Source: Mobula hypostoma
Lineage: Eukaryota
Length of the DNA: 64,000 bases
Reading direction: 5' to 3'
Assembly: GCF_963921235.1 (NCBI RefSeq)
Contig: NC_086108.1
Location: forward strand, 27,096,001-27,160,000
Below are positions 37,938 through 50,477 of the stretch, piece after piece. Position 1 is the first letter of the stretch. Each line of letters starts with the position of its first letter. The notes under the pieces are model-generated. The model saw only the letters and a program-made list of their open reading frames with translations, was not told the origin of the DNA and made no database searches. Both the position numbers and the translations under genes were made by a program.

Positions 37938-38599
37938 GATTATACTGAGTTCGCCACAGATTATCGATCACTCTTTGCAACTCATTGCCAAATGCTTATT
38001 GCTCGATGATAACACGTTGTGAGGTGTTTAATGGGCCGCATTTTGCATACAGCAGTGATTACAGATTGCCTACAGAGAATAATTTCCACCTCTCTCGTGC
38101 AATTTGTCCAATGGGAACTTGGCTAAATTCTGCAATGAATAGTTCCACACGACAATAAAACAGTTGAATAAATGTCACTCGGGTCAGCAAAGGCTTCTGG
38201 CTTTGTAACCTTACAAGTAAATTAAAATGTTATAACACTGAAAACATACTGAAACTATTTAGAAATAAACATTTGTTTTAGCAATTAAAAGTAATTTATA
38301 TGAAAGCTCAACTAAAATATTTAAAGAAAGATTAAAGATTAACATTATTGTCATATGCACATCAAAACCTATGCTGAAATGCGTTGTTTGTGCAAGCAAG
38401 GCAGTATGCACAAAATGTTGGAGGAATTCAGCTGCTCAGGCAGCACCCATGGAACTGAACAAAGAGTCAACATTTTGGGCTGCGAACTCTTTCTTCAGAA
38501 CTCAAAATGAGGAACAGGAAACAAAGATGTGAGGAGGGCAGGCTCAAGTGTGGTATACTTCTGGCACCATCATACCATTCCCACAATTTACGAACCCTA

Positions 38600-38740
38600 T
38601 CCTGTATGCTATGGGAATGTGGAAGAAAACCAAAGGAAACTCATATGGTCAGGGAAAGAATGTACAAACTCCTTACAGAGAGTGGTGGGAATGGAAATGC
38701 AGTTGTTCGCACTGTAAAGCATTATGCTAACCACTACACT
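38600..38740 (-). mobile_element. V-SINE/HE1-like fragment (similar copy ~47985-48160)
   Basis: 'gaatgtggaagaaaacc...ggtcagggaaagaatgtacaaactccttacag...gctaaccactac'. Confidence 0.6.
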
Positions 38741-38986
38741 ATCATTCAAACCTTTTAATCCAAACCCTTCACTGTCATTCTTCCCCATTGAAGTTAAACA
38801 ACAAGAGCTCCCTGAGCCAGATTAATCTTTGTTCAGGTTATCTGAGGTATTTTAATGCACTATGTTTATTTGGGTAACTTATAGGTCAAACAGCAATGGC
38901 TAATACAAGAAGCAAATCTTTTAAAATGATTTGAGGAAAGTATAGGGGCAATGCCAGGTGAAGTTTTTTTTTAAACACAAAGAACA

Positions 38987-41900
38987 GTAAGTGCATACAG
39001 CAAACTGCCGGGGACAGGTCACTGCCGGGGACAGGTGATGTAAGTGCATAGAGCAAACTGCCGGGGACAGGTGATGTAAGTGCATAGAGCAAACTGCCGG
39101 GGACAGGTGATGTAAGTGCATAGAGCAAACTGCCGGGGACAGGTGATATAAGTGCATAGAGCACTCTGCCGGGGACAGGTCACTGCCGGGGACAGGTGAT
39201 GTAAGTGCATAGAGCACTCTGCCGGGGACAGGTCACTGCCGGAGACAGGTGATGTAAGTGCATAGAGCAAACTGCCGGGGACAGGTGATGTAAGTGCATA
39301 GAGCACACTGCCGGGGACAGGTCACTGCCGGGGACAGGTGATGTAAGTGCATAGAGCACTCTGCCGGGGACAGGTGATGTAGGTGCATAGAGCACACTGC
39401 CGGGGACAGGTGATGTAAGTGCATAGAGCAAACTGCCGGGGACAGGTCACTGCCGGGGACAGGTGATGTAAGTGCATAGAGCAAACTGCCGGGGACAGGT
39501 GATGTAAGTGCATAGAGCACTCTGCCGGGGACAGGTGATGTAAGTGCATAGAGCAAACTGCCGGGGACAGGTGATATAAGTGCATAGAGCACTCTGCCGG
39601 GGACAGGTGATGTAAGTGCATACAGCAAACTGCCGGGGACAGGTCACTGCCGGGGACAGGTGATGTAAGTGCATAGAGCAAACTGCCGGGGACAGGTGAT
39701 GTAAGTGCATAGAGCACTCTGCCGGGGACAGGTGATGTAAGTGCATAGAGCAAACTGCCGGGGACAGGTGATATAAGTGCATAGAGCACTCTGCCGGGGA
39801 CAGGTGATGTAAGTGCATAGAGCAAACTGCCGGGGACAGGTCACTGCCGGAGACAGGTGATGTAAGTGCATAGAGCAAACTGCCGGGGACAGGTGATGTA
39901 AGTGCATAGAGCACAATGCCGGGGACAGGTCACTGCCGGGGACAGGTGATGTAAGTGCATAGAGCACTCTGCCGGGGACAGGTGATGTAGGTGTATAGAG
40001 CACACTGCCGGGGACAGGTGATGTATGTGCATAGAGCACTCTGCCGGGGACAGGTGATGTAAGTGCATACAGCACTCTGCCGGGGACAGGTGATGTAAGT
40101 GCATAGAGCAAACTGCCGGGGACAGGTGATATAAGTGCATAGAGCACTCTGCCGGGGACAGGTGATGTAAGTGCATAGAGCACTCTGCCGGGGACAGGTC
40201 ACTGCCGGAGACAGGTGATGTAAGTGCATAGAGCAAACTGCCGGGGACAGGTGATGTAAGTGCATAGAGCACACTGCCGGGGACAGGTCACTGCCGGGGA
40301 CAGGTGATGTAAGTGCATAGAGCACTCTGCCGGGGACAGGTGATGTAGGTGTATAGAGCACACTGCCGGGGACAGGTGATGTAAGTGCATAGAGCACTCT
40401 GCCGGGGACAGGTGATGTAGGTGCATAGAGCACTCTGCCGGGGACAGGTGATGCAAGTGCATAGAGCACTCTGCCGGGGACAGGTGATGTCAGTGCATAG
40501 AGCACACTGCCGGGGACAGGTGATGTAAGTGCATAGAGCACACTGCCGGGGACAGGTCACTGCCGGGGACAGGTGATGTAAGTGCATAGAGCACTCTGCC
40601 GGGGACAGGTGATGCAAGTGCATAGAGCACTCTGCCGGGGACAGGTGATGTAAGTGCATAGAGCACACTGCCGGGGACAGGTGATGTAAGTGCATAGAGC
40701 ACTCTGCCGGGGACAGGTGATGTAAGTGCATAGAGCACTCTGCCGGGGACAGGTGATGTAAGTGCATAGAGCACTCTGCCGGGGACAGGTGATGTAAGTG
40801 CATAGAGCACTCTGCCGGGGACAGGTGACGCAAGTGCATAGAGCAAAGTGCCGGGGACAGGTGATGTAAGTGCATAGAGCACACTGCTGGGGACAGGTGA
40901 TGTAAGTGCATAGAGCACACTGCCGGGGACAGGTGATGTAAGTGCATAGAGCACTCTGCCGGGGACAGGTGATGTAAGTGCATAGAGCACTCTGCCGGGG
41001 ACAGGTGATGTAAGTGCATAGAGCAAAGTGCCGAGGACAGGTGATGTAAGTGCATAGAGCACACTGCCGGGGACAGGTCACTGCTGGGGACAGGTGATGC
41101 AAGTGCATAGAGCACTCTGCCGGGGACAGGTGATGCAAGTGCATAGAGCACTCTGCCGGGGACAGGTGATGTAAGTGCATAGAGCACTCTGCCGGGTCAG
41201 GTGATGTAAGTGCATAGAGCACTCTGCCGGGGACAGGTGATGTAAGTGCATAGAGCACACTGCCGGCGACAGGTGACGCAAGTGCATAGAGCAAAGTGCC
41301 GAGGACAGGTGATGTAAGTGCATAGAGCACACTGCCGGGGACAGGTCACTGCTGGGGACAGGTGATGCAAGTGCATAGAGCACTCTGCCGGGGACAGGTG
41401 ATGTAGGTGCATAGAGCACTCTGCCGGGGACAGGTGATGCAAGTGCATAGAGCACTCTGCCGGGGACAGGTGATGTAGGTGCATAGAGCACTCTGCCGGG
41501 GACAGGTGATGCAAGTGCATAGAGCACTCTGCCGGGGACAGGTGATGTAAGTGCATAGAGCACTCTGCCGGGGACAGGTGATGTAAGTGCATAGAGCACT
41601 CTGCCAGGGACAGGTGATGTCAGTGCATAGAGCACTCTGCCGGCGACAGGTGATGTAAGTGCATAGAGCACTCTGCCGGGGACAGGTGATGTAAGTGCAT
41701 AGAGCACTCTGCCAGGGACAGGTGATGTAAGTGCATAGAGCAGTCTGCCGGGTCAGGTGATGTAAGTGCATAGAGCACACTGCCGGCGACAGGTGACGCA
41801 AGTGCATAGAGCAAAGTGCCGGGGACAGGTGACGTAAGTGCATAGAGCAAAGTGCCGGGGACAGGTGATGTAAGTGCATAGAGCACTCTGCCGGGGACAG

Positions 41901-44900
41901 GTGATGTAAGTGCATAGAGCACTCTGCCGGGGACAGGTGATGTAAGTGCATAGAGCACTCTGCCGGGGACAGGTGATGTAAGTGCATAGAGCACACTGCC
42001 GGCGACAGGTGACGCAAGTGCATAGAGCAAAGTGCCGGGGACAGGTGATGTAAGTGCATAGAGCACACTGCCGGGGACAGGTGATGTAAGTGCATAGAGC
42101 ACTCTGCCGGGGACAGGTCACTGCTGGGGACAGGTGATGCAAGTGCATAGAGCACTCTGCCGGGGACAGGTGATGTAGGTGCATAGAGCACTCTGCCGGG
42201 GACAGGTGATGTAAGTGCATAGAGCACACTGCCGGGGACAGGTGATGTAAGTGCATAGAGCACACTGCCGGGGACAGGTGATGTAAGTGCATAGAGCACT
42301 CTGCCGGGGACAGGTGATGTAAGTGCATAGAGCACACTGCCGGGGACAGGTGATGTAAGTGCATAGAGCACTCTGCCGGGGACAGGTGATGTAAGTGCAT
42401 AGAGCACTCTGCCGGGGACAGGTGATGTAAGTGCATAGAGCACTCTGCCGGGGACAGGTGATGTAAGTGCATAGAGCACTCTGCCGGGGACAGGTGATGT
42501 AAGTGCATAGAGCACACTGCCGGGGACAGGTGATGTAAGTGCATAGAGCACACTGCCGGGGACAGGTGATGTAAGTGCATAGAGCACACTGCCGGGGACA
42601 GGTGATGTAAGTGCATAGAGCACTCTGCCGGGGACAGGTGATGTAAGTGCATAGAGCACTCTGCCGGGGACAGGTGATGTAAGTGCATAGAGCAAATAGA
42701 GCACTGCCGGGGACAGGTGATGTAAGTGCATAGAGCACACTGCCGGGGACAGGTCACTGCTGGGGACAGGTGATGCAAGTGCATAGAGCACTCTGCCGGG
42801 GACAGGTGATGTAAGTGCATAGAGCACACTGCCGGGGACAGGTGATGTAAGTGCATAGAGCACTCTGCCGGGGACAGGTGATGTAAGTGCATAGAGCACT
42901 CTGCCGGGGACAGGTGATGTAAGTGCATAGAGCACACTGCCGGGGACAGGTCACTGCCGGGGACAGGTGATGTAAGTGCATAGAGCAAACTGCCGGGGAC
43001 AGGTGATGTAAGTGCATAGAGCACACTGCCGGGGACAGGTCACTGCTGGGGACAGGTGATGCAAGTGCATAGAGCACTCTGCCGGGGACAGGTGATGTAG
43101 GTGCATAGAGCACACTGCCGGGGACAGGTGATGTAAGTGCATAGAGCACTCTGCCGGGGACAGGTGATGTAAGTGCATAGAGCACTCTGCCGGGGACAGG
43201 TGATGTAAGTGCATAGAGCACTCTGCCGGGGACAGGTGATGTAAGTGCATAGAGCACTCTGCCGGGGACAGGTGATGTAAGTGCATAGAGCACTCTGCCG
43301 GGGACAGGTCACTGCCGGGGACAGGTGATGTAAGTGCATAGAGCACTCTGCCGGGGACAGGTGATGTAAGTGCATAGAGCACTCTGCCGGGGACAGGTGA
43401 TGTAAGTGCATAGAGCAGTCTGCCGGGGACAGGTGATGTAAGTGCATAGAGCACACTGCCGGGGACAGGTGATGTAAGTGCATAGAGCACTCTGCCGGGG
43501 ACAGGTGATGTAAGTGCATAGAGCACTCTGCCGGGGACAGGTGATGTAAGTGCATAGAGCACTCTGCCGGGGACAGGTCACTGCTGGGGACAGGTGATGC
43601 AAGTGCATAGAGCACTCTGCCGGGGACAGGTGATGTAGGTGCATAGAGCACTCTGCCGGGGACAGGTGATGTAAGTGCATAGAGCACACTGCCGGGGACA
43701 GGTGATGTAAGTGCATAGAGCACACTGCCGGGGACAGGTGATGCAAGTGCATAGAGCACTCTGCCGGGGACAGGTGATGTAGTGCATAGAGCACTCTGCC
43801 GGGGACAGGTGATGTAAGTGCATAGAGGTGCATAGAGCACACTGCCGGGGACAGGTGATGTAAGTGCATAGAGCACACTGCCGGGGACAGGTGATGTAAG
43901 TGCATAGAGCACACTGCCGGGGACAGGTGATGTAAGTGCATAGAGCACACTGCCAGGGACAGGTGATGTAAGTGCATAGAGCACTCTGCCGGGGACAGGT
44001 GACGCAAGTGCATAGAGCACACTGCCGGGGACAGGTGACGCTAGTGCATAGAGCACACTGCCGGGGACAGGTGATGTAAGTGCATAGAGCACTCTGCCGG
44101 GGACAGGTGATGCTAGTGCATAGAGCACTCTGCCGGGGACAGGTGATGTAAGTGCATAGAGCACTCTGCCGGGGACAGGTGATGTAAGTGCATGGAGCAC
44201 TCTGCCGGGGACAGGTGACGCAAGTGCATAGAGCACACTGCCGGGGACAGGTGACGCTAGTGCATAGAGCACACTGCCGGGGACAGGTGATGTAGGTGCA
44301 TAGAGCACTCTGCCGGGTACAGGTGATGCAAGTGCATAGAGCACTCTGCCGGGGACAGGTGATGTAGTGCATAGAGCACTCTNNNNNNNNNNNNNNNNNN
44401 NNNNNNNNNNNNNNNNNNNNNNNNNNNNNNNNNNNNNNNNNNNNNNNNNNNNNNNNNNNNNNNNNNNNNNNNNNNNNNNNNNNNNNNNNNNNNNNNNNNN
44501 NNNNNNNNNNNNNNNNNNNNNNNNNNNNNNNNNNNNNNNNNNNNNNNNNNNNNNNNNNNNNNNNNNNNNNNNNNNNNNNNNNACAGGTGACGCTATTGCA
44601 TAGAGCACTCTGCCGGGGACAGGTGATGCAAGTGCATAGAGCACACTGCCGGGGACAGGTGACGCTAGTGCATAGAGCACACTGCCGGGGACAGGTGATG
44701 TAAGTGCATAGAGCACTCTGCCGGGGACAGGTGATGTAAGTGCATGGAGCAAACTGCCGGGGACAGGTGACGCAAGTGCATGGAGCAAACTGCCGGGGAC
44801 AGGTGATGTAAGTGCATAGAGCACTCCGCCGGGGACAGGTCACTGCTGGGGACAGGTGATGTAAGTGCATAGAGCACTCTGCCGGGGACAGGTCACTGCC

Positions 44901-46042
44901 GGGGACAGGTGATGTAAGTGCATAGAGCACACTGCTGGGGACAGGTGATGTAAGTGCATAGAGCACTCTGCCGGGGACAGGTGATGTAAGTGCATAGAGC
45001 ACACTGCCAGGGACAGGTGATGTAAGTGCATAGAGCACTCTGCTGGGGACAGGTGATGTACGTGCATGGAGCACTCTGCTGGGGACAGGTGATGTAAGTG
45101 CATAGAGCACTCTGCCGAGGACAGGTGATGTAAGTGCATAGAGCACTCTGCTGGGGACAGGTCACTGCTGCGGACAGGTGATGCAAGTGCATAGAGCACT
45201 CTGCTGGGGACAGGTGATGTAAGTGCATGGAGCACTCTGCTGGGGACAGGTGATGTAAGTGCATAGAGCACTCTGCCGAGGACAGGTGATGTAAGTGCAT
45301 AGAGCACTCTGCTGGGGACAGGTCACTGCTGGGGACAGGTGATGTAAGTGCATAGAGCACTCTGCCGGGGACAGGTGATGTAAGTGCATAGAGCACACTG
45401 CCGGGGACAGGTGATGTAAGTGCATAGAGCACTCTGCCGGGGACAGGTGATGCAAGTGCATAGAGCACTCTGCCGGGGACAGGTGATGTAAGTGCATAGA
45501 GCACTCTGCCGGGGACAGGTGATGTCAGTGCATAGAGCACACTGCCGGGGACAGGTGATGTAAGTGCATGGAGCAAACTGCCGGGGACAGGTGACGCAAG
45601 TGCATGGAGCAAACTGCCGGGGACAGGTGATGTAAGTGCATAGAGCACTCTGCCGGGGACAGGTCACTGCCGGGGACAGGTGATGTAAGTGCATAGAGCA
45701 CACTGCTGGGGACAGGTGATGTAAGTGCATAGAGCACTCTGCCGGGGACAGGTGATGTAAGTGCATAGAGCACACTGCCAGGGACAGGTGATGTAAATGC
45801 ATGGAGCACTCTGCTGGGGACAGGTGATGTAAGTGCATAGAGCACTCTGCTGGGGACAGGTCACTGCTGGGGACAGGTGATGTAAGTGCATAGAGCACTC
45901 TGCCGGGGACAGGTGATGCAAGTGCATAGAGCTCACTGCCGGGGACAGGTGATGTAAGTGCATAGAGCACTCTGCTGGGGACAGGTCACTGCTGGGGACA
46001 GGTGATGTAAGTGCATAGAGCACACTGCCGGGGACAGGTGAT
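38987..46042. repeat. 36-bp minisatellite array, at least 7 kb, with interspersed 17-bp short units
   Basis: Unit GTGATGTAAGTGCATAGAGCACTCTGCCGGGGACAG; short unit GTCACTGCCGGGGACAG; local higher-order periods 197, 269 and 358 bp. Confidence 0.98.
44383..44582. other. Assembly gap (200 N) inside the array
   Basis: Run of exactly 200 N. Confidence 0.99.
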
Positions 46043-46264
46043 GGGGTCAGATATATTAGGGACACTGCAGAGATTCTTAGACAGGTACATGAATGAAAGA
46101 AAAGTTGGAGGGTGGGGGCTATTTGAGAAAAAAGGGTTATATTGATCTTGGAGTAGGTTAAAAGTTCACACCAACATGATGGGCCCAAGGACCTATAGTA
46201 TCCTATGCTATGTTCTATAGCAATATTACATCTTTGCACAATATTGATGCTGCAAAGCAATGAA

Positions 46265-47555
46265 TTTCATGTTCATGTTCATTCTCAGTTTATCATTCAA
46301 CTGTACACATGTATACTGCCAAACAAAACAACATTCCTCTGGACCGAGGTGCACAATGGAGACATATAACTCACCCACCCACATTACACATAAAGTAGTA
46401 TTACCACAAATAAATTAACAACTAATAAGGTTAACTACAATTATGATGCAAGTTAAAAAGTAAACACTATAATGCAACTGACATTTCTTATGTGATGAGA
46501 CCTGGATGGTGGCAGGGAGTTCAGTAATTTTACAGCCTGGGAGAAGAAGGTGTTTTCCCATCCTAATAGATCTAGTTTTAATGCTATGCTACTTCCTGCC
46601 TGAGGGTAGGGCGTCAAAGAGATCGTTGGATGGTTGGGAGGGTCATTGACAATGCTAGGGGTCCTGTGTACACAGGGCTACTGATAAATATCGTTAATGG
46701 ATTTGTTCTGCGTCTAGAGGCACTGTTTGGTTGTATGCAGTTTGTTTTGTACAAACATCACTTCCTGCTTGTAAGGGTCTTTTAAGAGACTCCTGGGTAG
46801 GAACATGGAACTTAGAAGAATAGGATGGCTATGGGTAAGCCTAGGTAGTTCTAAGGACATGTTCGGCACAGATTTGTGGACTGAAGGGCCTGGATTGTAC
46901 TGTAGATTCTCTGTGTTTCTATGTAAGCTGTTTTTTTTTTAACATCATTTTCTGCTTAGGTTAATTTGTATTACGAATTGGAGCAAACATTGAAAAAAGA
47001 TATGCATCTCCATCCACTCTTTATTTGCCCTTAAAACAGCAATGTGTGAGTCTTAAACTTTCTTAATGTTGGTAAACATTTAGTAGATGTATTTTGAAGG
47101 AAAGATTATGCTTATTGTTTATCACTAATAAACTATCGTCGTGCCATGAGTTCACTCTGGTCTACATGGCATGGTTATGGAATGTTAACACTGATCATGA
47201 GAATAATCGATATTATATTCAGGTGCAAAATGATTCTATATTGAATTTTACTTAACATTCTGCAGTTTTAAAAAGTTTTCTCATTTAAAAGCTCCAAAGA
47301 AGGCTTCTGGCTCGGGTGTTGCTTGAGAATGAGTTTAATTCCCTGCCTAGTTTTGTGGACAACGCTCTGTGAGGACAACAGAGGGTGGATGAGAGACCCC
47401 AGTGATCTTCTCAGCAGTCCACAAAATCCTTTGTAGGGAGTTGTGGTCAAATGCCTTACAATTCCCCTATTAAACGGTGATGTAGTTGGTCAGTACTTCT
47501 TGATGGTGCTCCTGTAAAAATTGGTCATGCAGGTCAATGATAAATCTGATTCTGA
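46265..47555. mobile_element. Rex1/Babar-like 3' fragments (~46265-46700 and ~47290-47555, minus) and a CR1 tail (~46790-46925, plus)
   Basis: Similarity by eye to 35954-36450 and 33800-33940. Confidence 0.5.
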
Positions 47556-49259
47556 TCAGAAGGGCTGGACTCTGAGGAATCCAATATTGCAGAACAGTGG
47601 AAGAAAACATTGAACAGCTGTCAACATTTGGGACCTCCTCATTCTTGTGCTTGTGGGGGATATCACAAATTCTTTAGCATCAACGTGGGGAAATGACAAT
47701 AGGTACACAAAATAACCAACAAATCAAAGTCAAAATTCTATGTACATCTTGCAGCAGTCAATCTCTGTGTGGTTTTCTGCTACCTGCATCATTCCCCAAA
47801 TATAATAGAAAGCAGTTGCTCTGCTCCCAGCTCAGCTCACATGTGCTGCTAACGTTATGGAAACAGGCCTTTCAGCCCATCGAGTCTGTGTGGACCACAG
47901 ACAACCCACTAATCCTTCATGAATATCTTTTTCATTCTTCCTACATTCTCATCATTCGGTTATACACTTGGATCAATTTTCAATGATTATTTAACCTATC
48001 AAACTGTACATTAAGGATGTCTGTGTAATCAAGAGCACCCAGAGGAAACCCATGCAGTCACAAGGAGAATGCTGCTTCATAAAGACAGAATAGGATTGAA
48101 CTTGGGTCTTTTGGCACTGTGGTGCCAGGGCTCTACCAGCTCTGTCAATGAGCTACCATCAATTACCTCCATCATTTGCTGCTGAAGGTCCCATAGCAAA
48201 AGCCACTGAATAAATTGTATCAGCTTGCTAAACAGTGCCTTTTGGTTTAGGAGATTGTAAACCTACCATACAATTAAATTGAAATCTGATAACATTAGTA
48301 CGTTTTGAATGTTATATTTTTATAATCAATTTGATTCAATTGATCAAACATTTAACATTTATTTAGACATGAAATTACTCTTGACTGAAATCAAATAATA
48401 ATTAGAATTTAATAATTTCAAAATGTCACCTTTGTACTCGTCAGCCCTGTGCCAGTTTTGAAGTATGGCAAAAGGTTAGTCAAAGATCAATGATAATCAG
48501 ACTATGAACCAGAATCTTCCACCTCCTTGATTATTAGGCTTATTGTGTGAATTGGTTTATCACCCAAGTCAGAGTTAAGTTTGTGCTTGAGATCTTTAAT
48601 CAGCCGAAATAAGATTATGCAGGATTAAATTGGCTAATATTTGTTCATTGAATAGTGCACAGAAAAAATGCAAATTATTTATTTCAGAATTGATTCACGT
48701 GTACAGCCAAGAAGATAGATCCCTTCCCCCGTCTGTTCTTCCTTTGGCCATTGTACAGAAAGCTTAAAGAAAAATATATTTATGAGGTATTGATGTGCAG
48801 CAATGTAATAAAAATCCAATTAAAAATGATAAAACAAAACAAATTATAAGCGGTGAGAAAACAGATGATCTGTGCAGTGGAAGGAACTCGGTGAAGAAGG
48901 AAGGAAATTATCTTAGACTCTAAACTGTACTATTGGGAGGACTGGATTGACCTGAGGTCAACAGCAGCTTTCTGGTTTTAACAAGGCACTTTATTGAAGC
49001 TCACTTCCAATCAGTACTGGTAATTGGTGTCCTTAGATTTTTATCAACCAGCTTGGGGGAGGGCGGTGAAACAGATCATTTTACATGGGATAGAAATTCT
49101 ACACAGGCAAAGGTGCTGGGAGAAGAGCTCCTGCTCATATCATAAATGCTGATCAGCAACTAAAAATGAATAATAATTTTCTAGACTTTGCAATGCAGTT
49201 AAGGCCCAGTTCTCTTATGGACGTTTGCAACAATTGTCTTTTATTTGTTGCCTGCGTCA

Positions 49260-50476
49260 TTGCAAGAATTTGCTTGGGAATTGCTATAATCTGATCCACT
49301 TAAAATTAGGCGAAGAGGTTCACTTGTCACCAACACTGTCTATCTGTACCTATCACTGGAGGCTAATGAATTCTACACAATAACCTCTGAATTCCCACCT
49401 TTGAACAATTTATGAACTAGAAACTTTATCTAATATTGTGTCTTTGTTACACTTCTGGAAAACGTGCAGTTCAGACCTCGACTTCTATTTCTGTTAACTT
49501 CACGTTTAATTGTAGTTATACAAGTCTTGCATTCATTTGAGTCCTTGTGATCTTCTACTGAAGGAAGAACAGAATAGGATCCTGCTGATTCCCATCTGAC
49601 ACACCACCCTGGCTATTATTTTTCCCAAGGGGTGACAGATCTATTACATGTTCTATTTTGAATTCAGATTTCAAACATTTTCCGGCTTTTTCTAACTATT
49701 CTCAGTGTTGCATTGTAACCATGGTAACTGCTAGCTGCACACCACTCATCTTATTGCAGTCATTTCTGGATGCAGAGATTTGAGAACTTAAAGACCGTGG
49801 ATTTCACCATATAATTAAGTCTTTTACATAATATAATAATAAATGTATTTAGAAGATGGGTGAGAGTTATAAATAAGCTCTTACATATTCTTTATTCCGT
49901 TAACAAAAGAGACAACTATAATATGCATATAATTGTAGCTGAAAAATATTATTGCAATTTGACAGAGGATAATTAATACGATATCTCCATATATAGTAAT
50001 TTAGTCCCTTGGTTGGCTTGAATTGTTTCCAGCAAGTTTACACAACTTCACCTATCACACTGATCAAGTTATTTTGGCAAATCAGCTTGGAACATCTTCA
50101 CTTCCAATATTCCAATCATACATATCTCTTGTTCACTTTGCTGTGATGTATTTGGTACTCACTATCATAATTCCAAAGCCAATCCAAGGATCAGTGCATT
50201 TTAATGAAAGAGATGCAGTGGACCATGAATAGATATGGTGTGCAGTGTCCATATCCAGGGCAATAGAGAAAGCTTATTCAACTTAATACCCTGAAAGGGA
50301 ATCACACTGTGAAACAGAACCTTGAGGGTGGGAAATTAGATGACAGCAAAGAAGATTTTAAGTTTTTATATCTGTGCGTAGAACTTAGTGACAGGTATGA
50401 CCTAATATAGTGTAGAGGTGGAAGAACATATTGGAGGACTGGACTCCATATACCGCCAAGGCAAGCTGTGAACTTG
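49260..50476 (-). repeat. Copy B of the diverged inverted duplication (partner 12453-13700)
   Basis: Colinear reverse-complement similarity; cut off on the right by the CR1 starting ~50478. Confidence 0.85.
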
Positions 50477-50477
50477 A

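Larger units (their letters stand above)
38890..46220 (+). mobile_element. CR1 3' end (38890-38985 and 46043-46220) containing the minisatellite
   Basis: Both flanks are colinear with the uninterrupted CR1 3' end at 61770-62070. Confidence 0.8.

Noticed and set aside
38987..46042. CRISPR-like array (36-bp repeats)
   Set aside because: Units are head-to-tail with no unique spacers, no cas genes are present, and the context is eukaryotic.
38886..46260. Long minus-strand ORFs (LYALTSPVPGRV / CSMHLHHLSPAE / ALCTYITCPRQS repeats)
   Set aside because: By-product of a 36-bp unit lacking stops on that strand; frames switch at each 17-bp unit, and there is no gene context.
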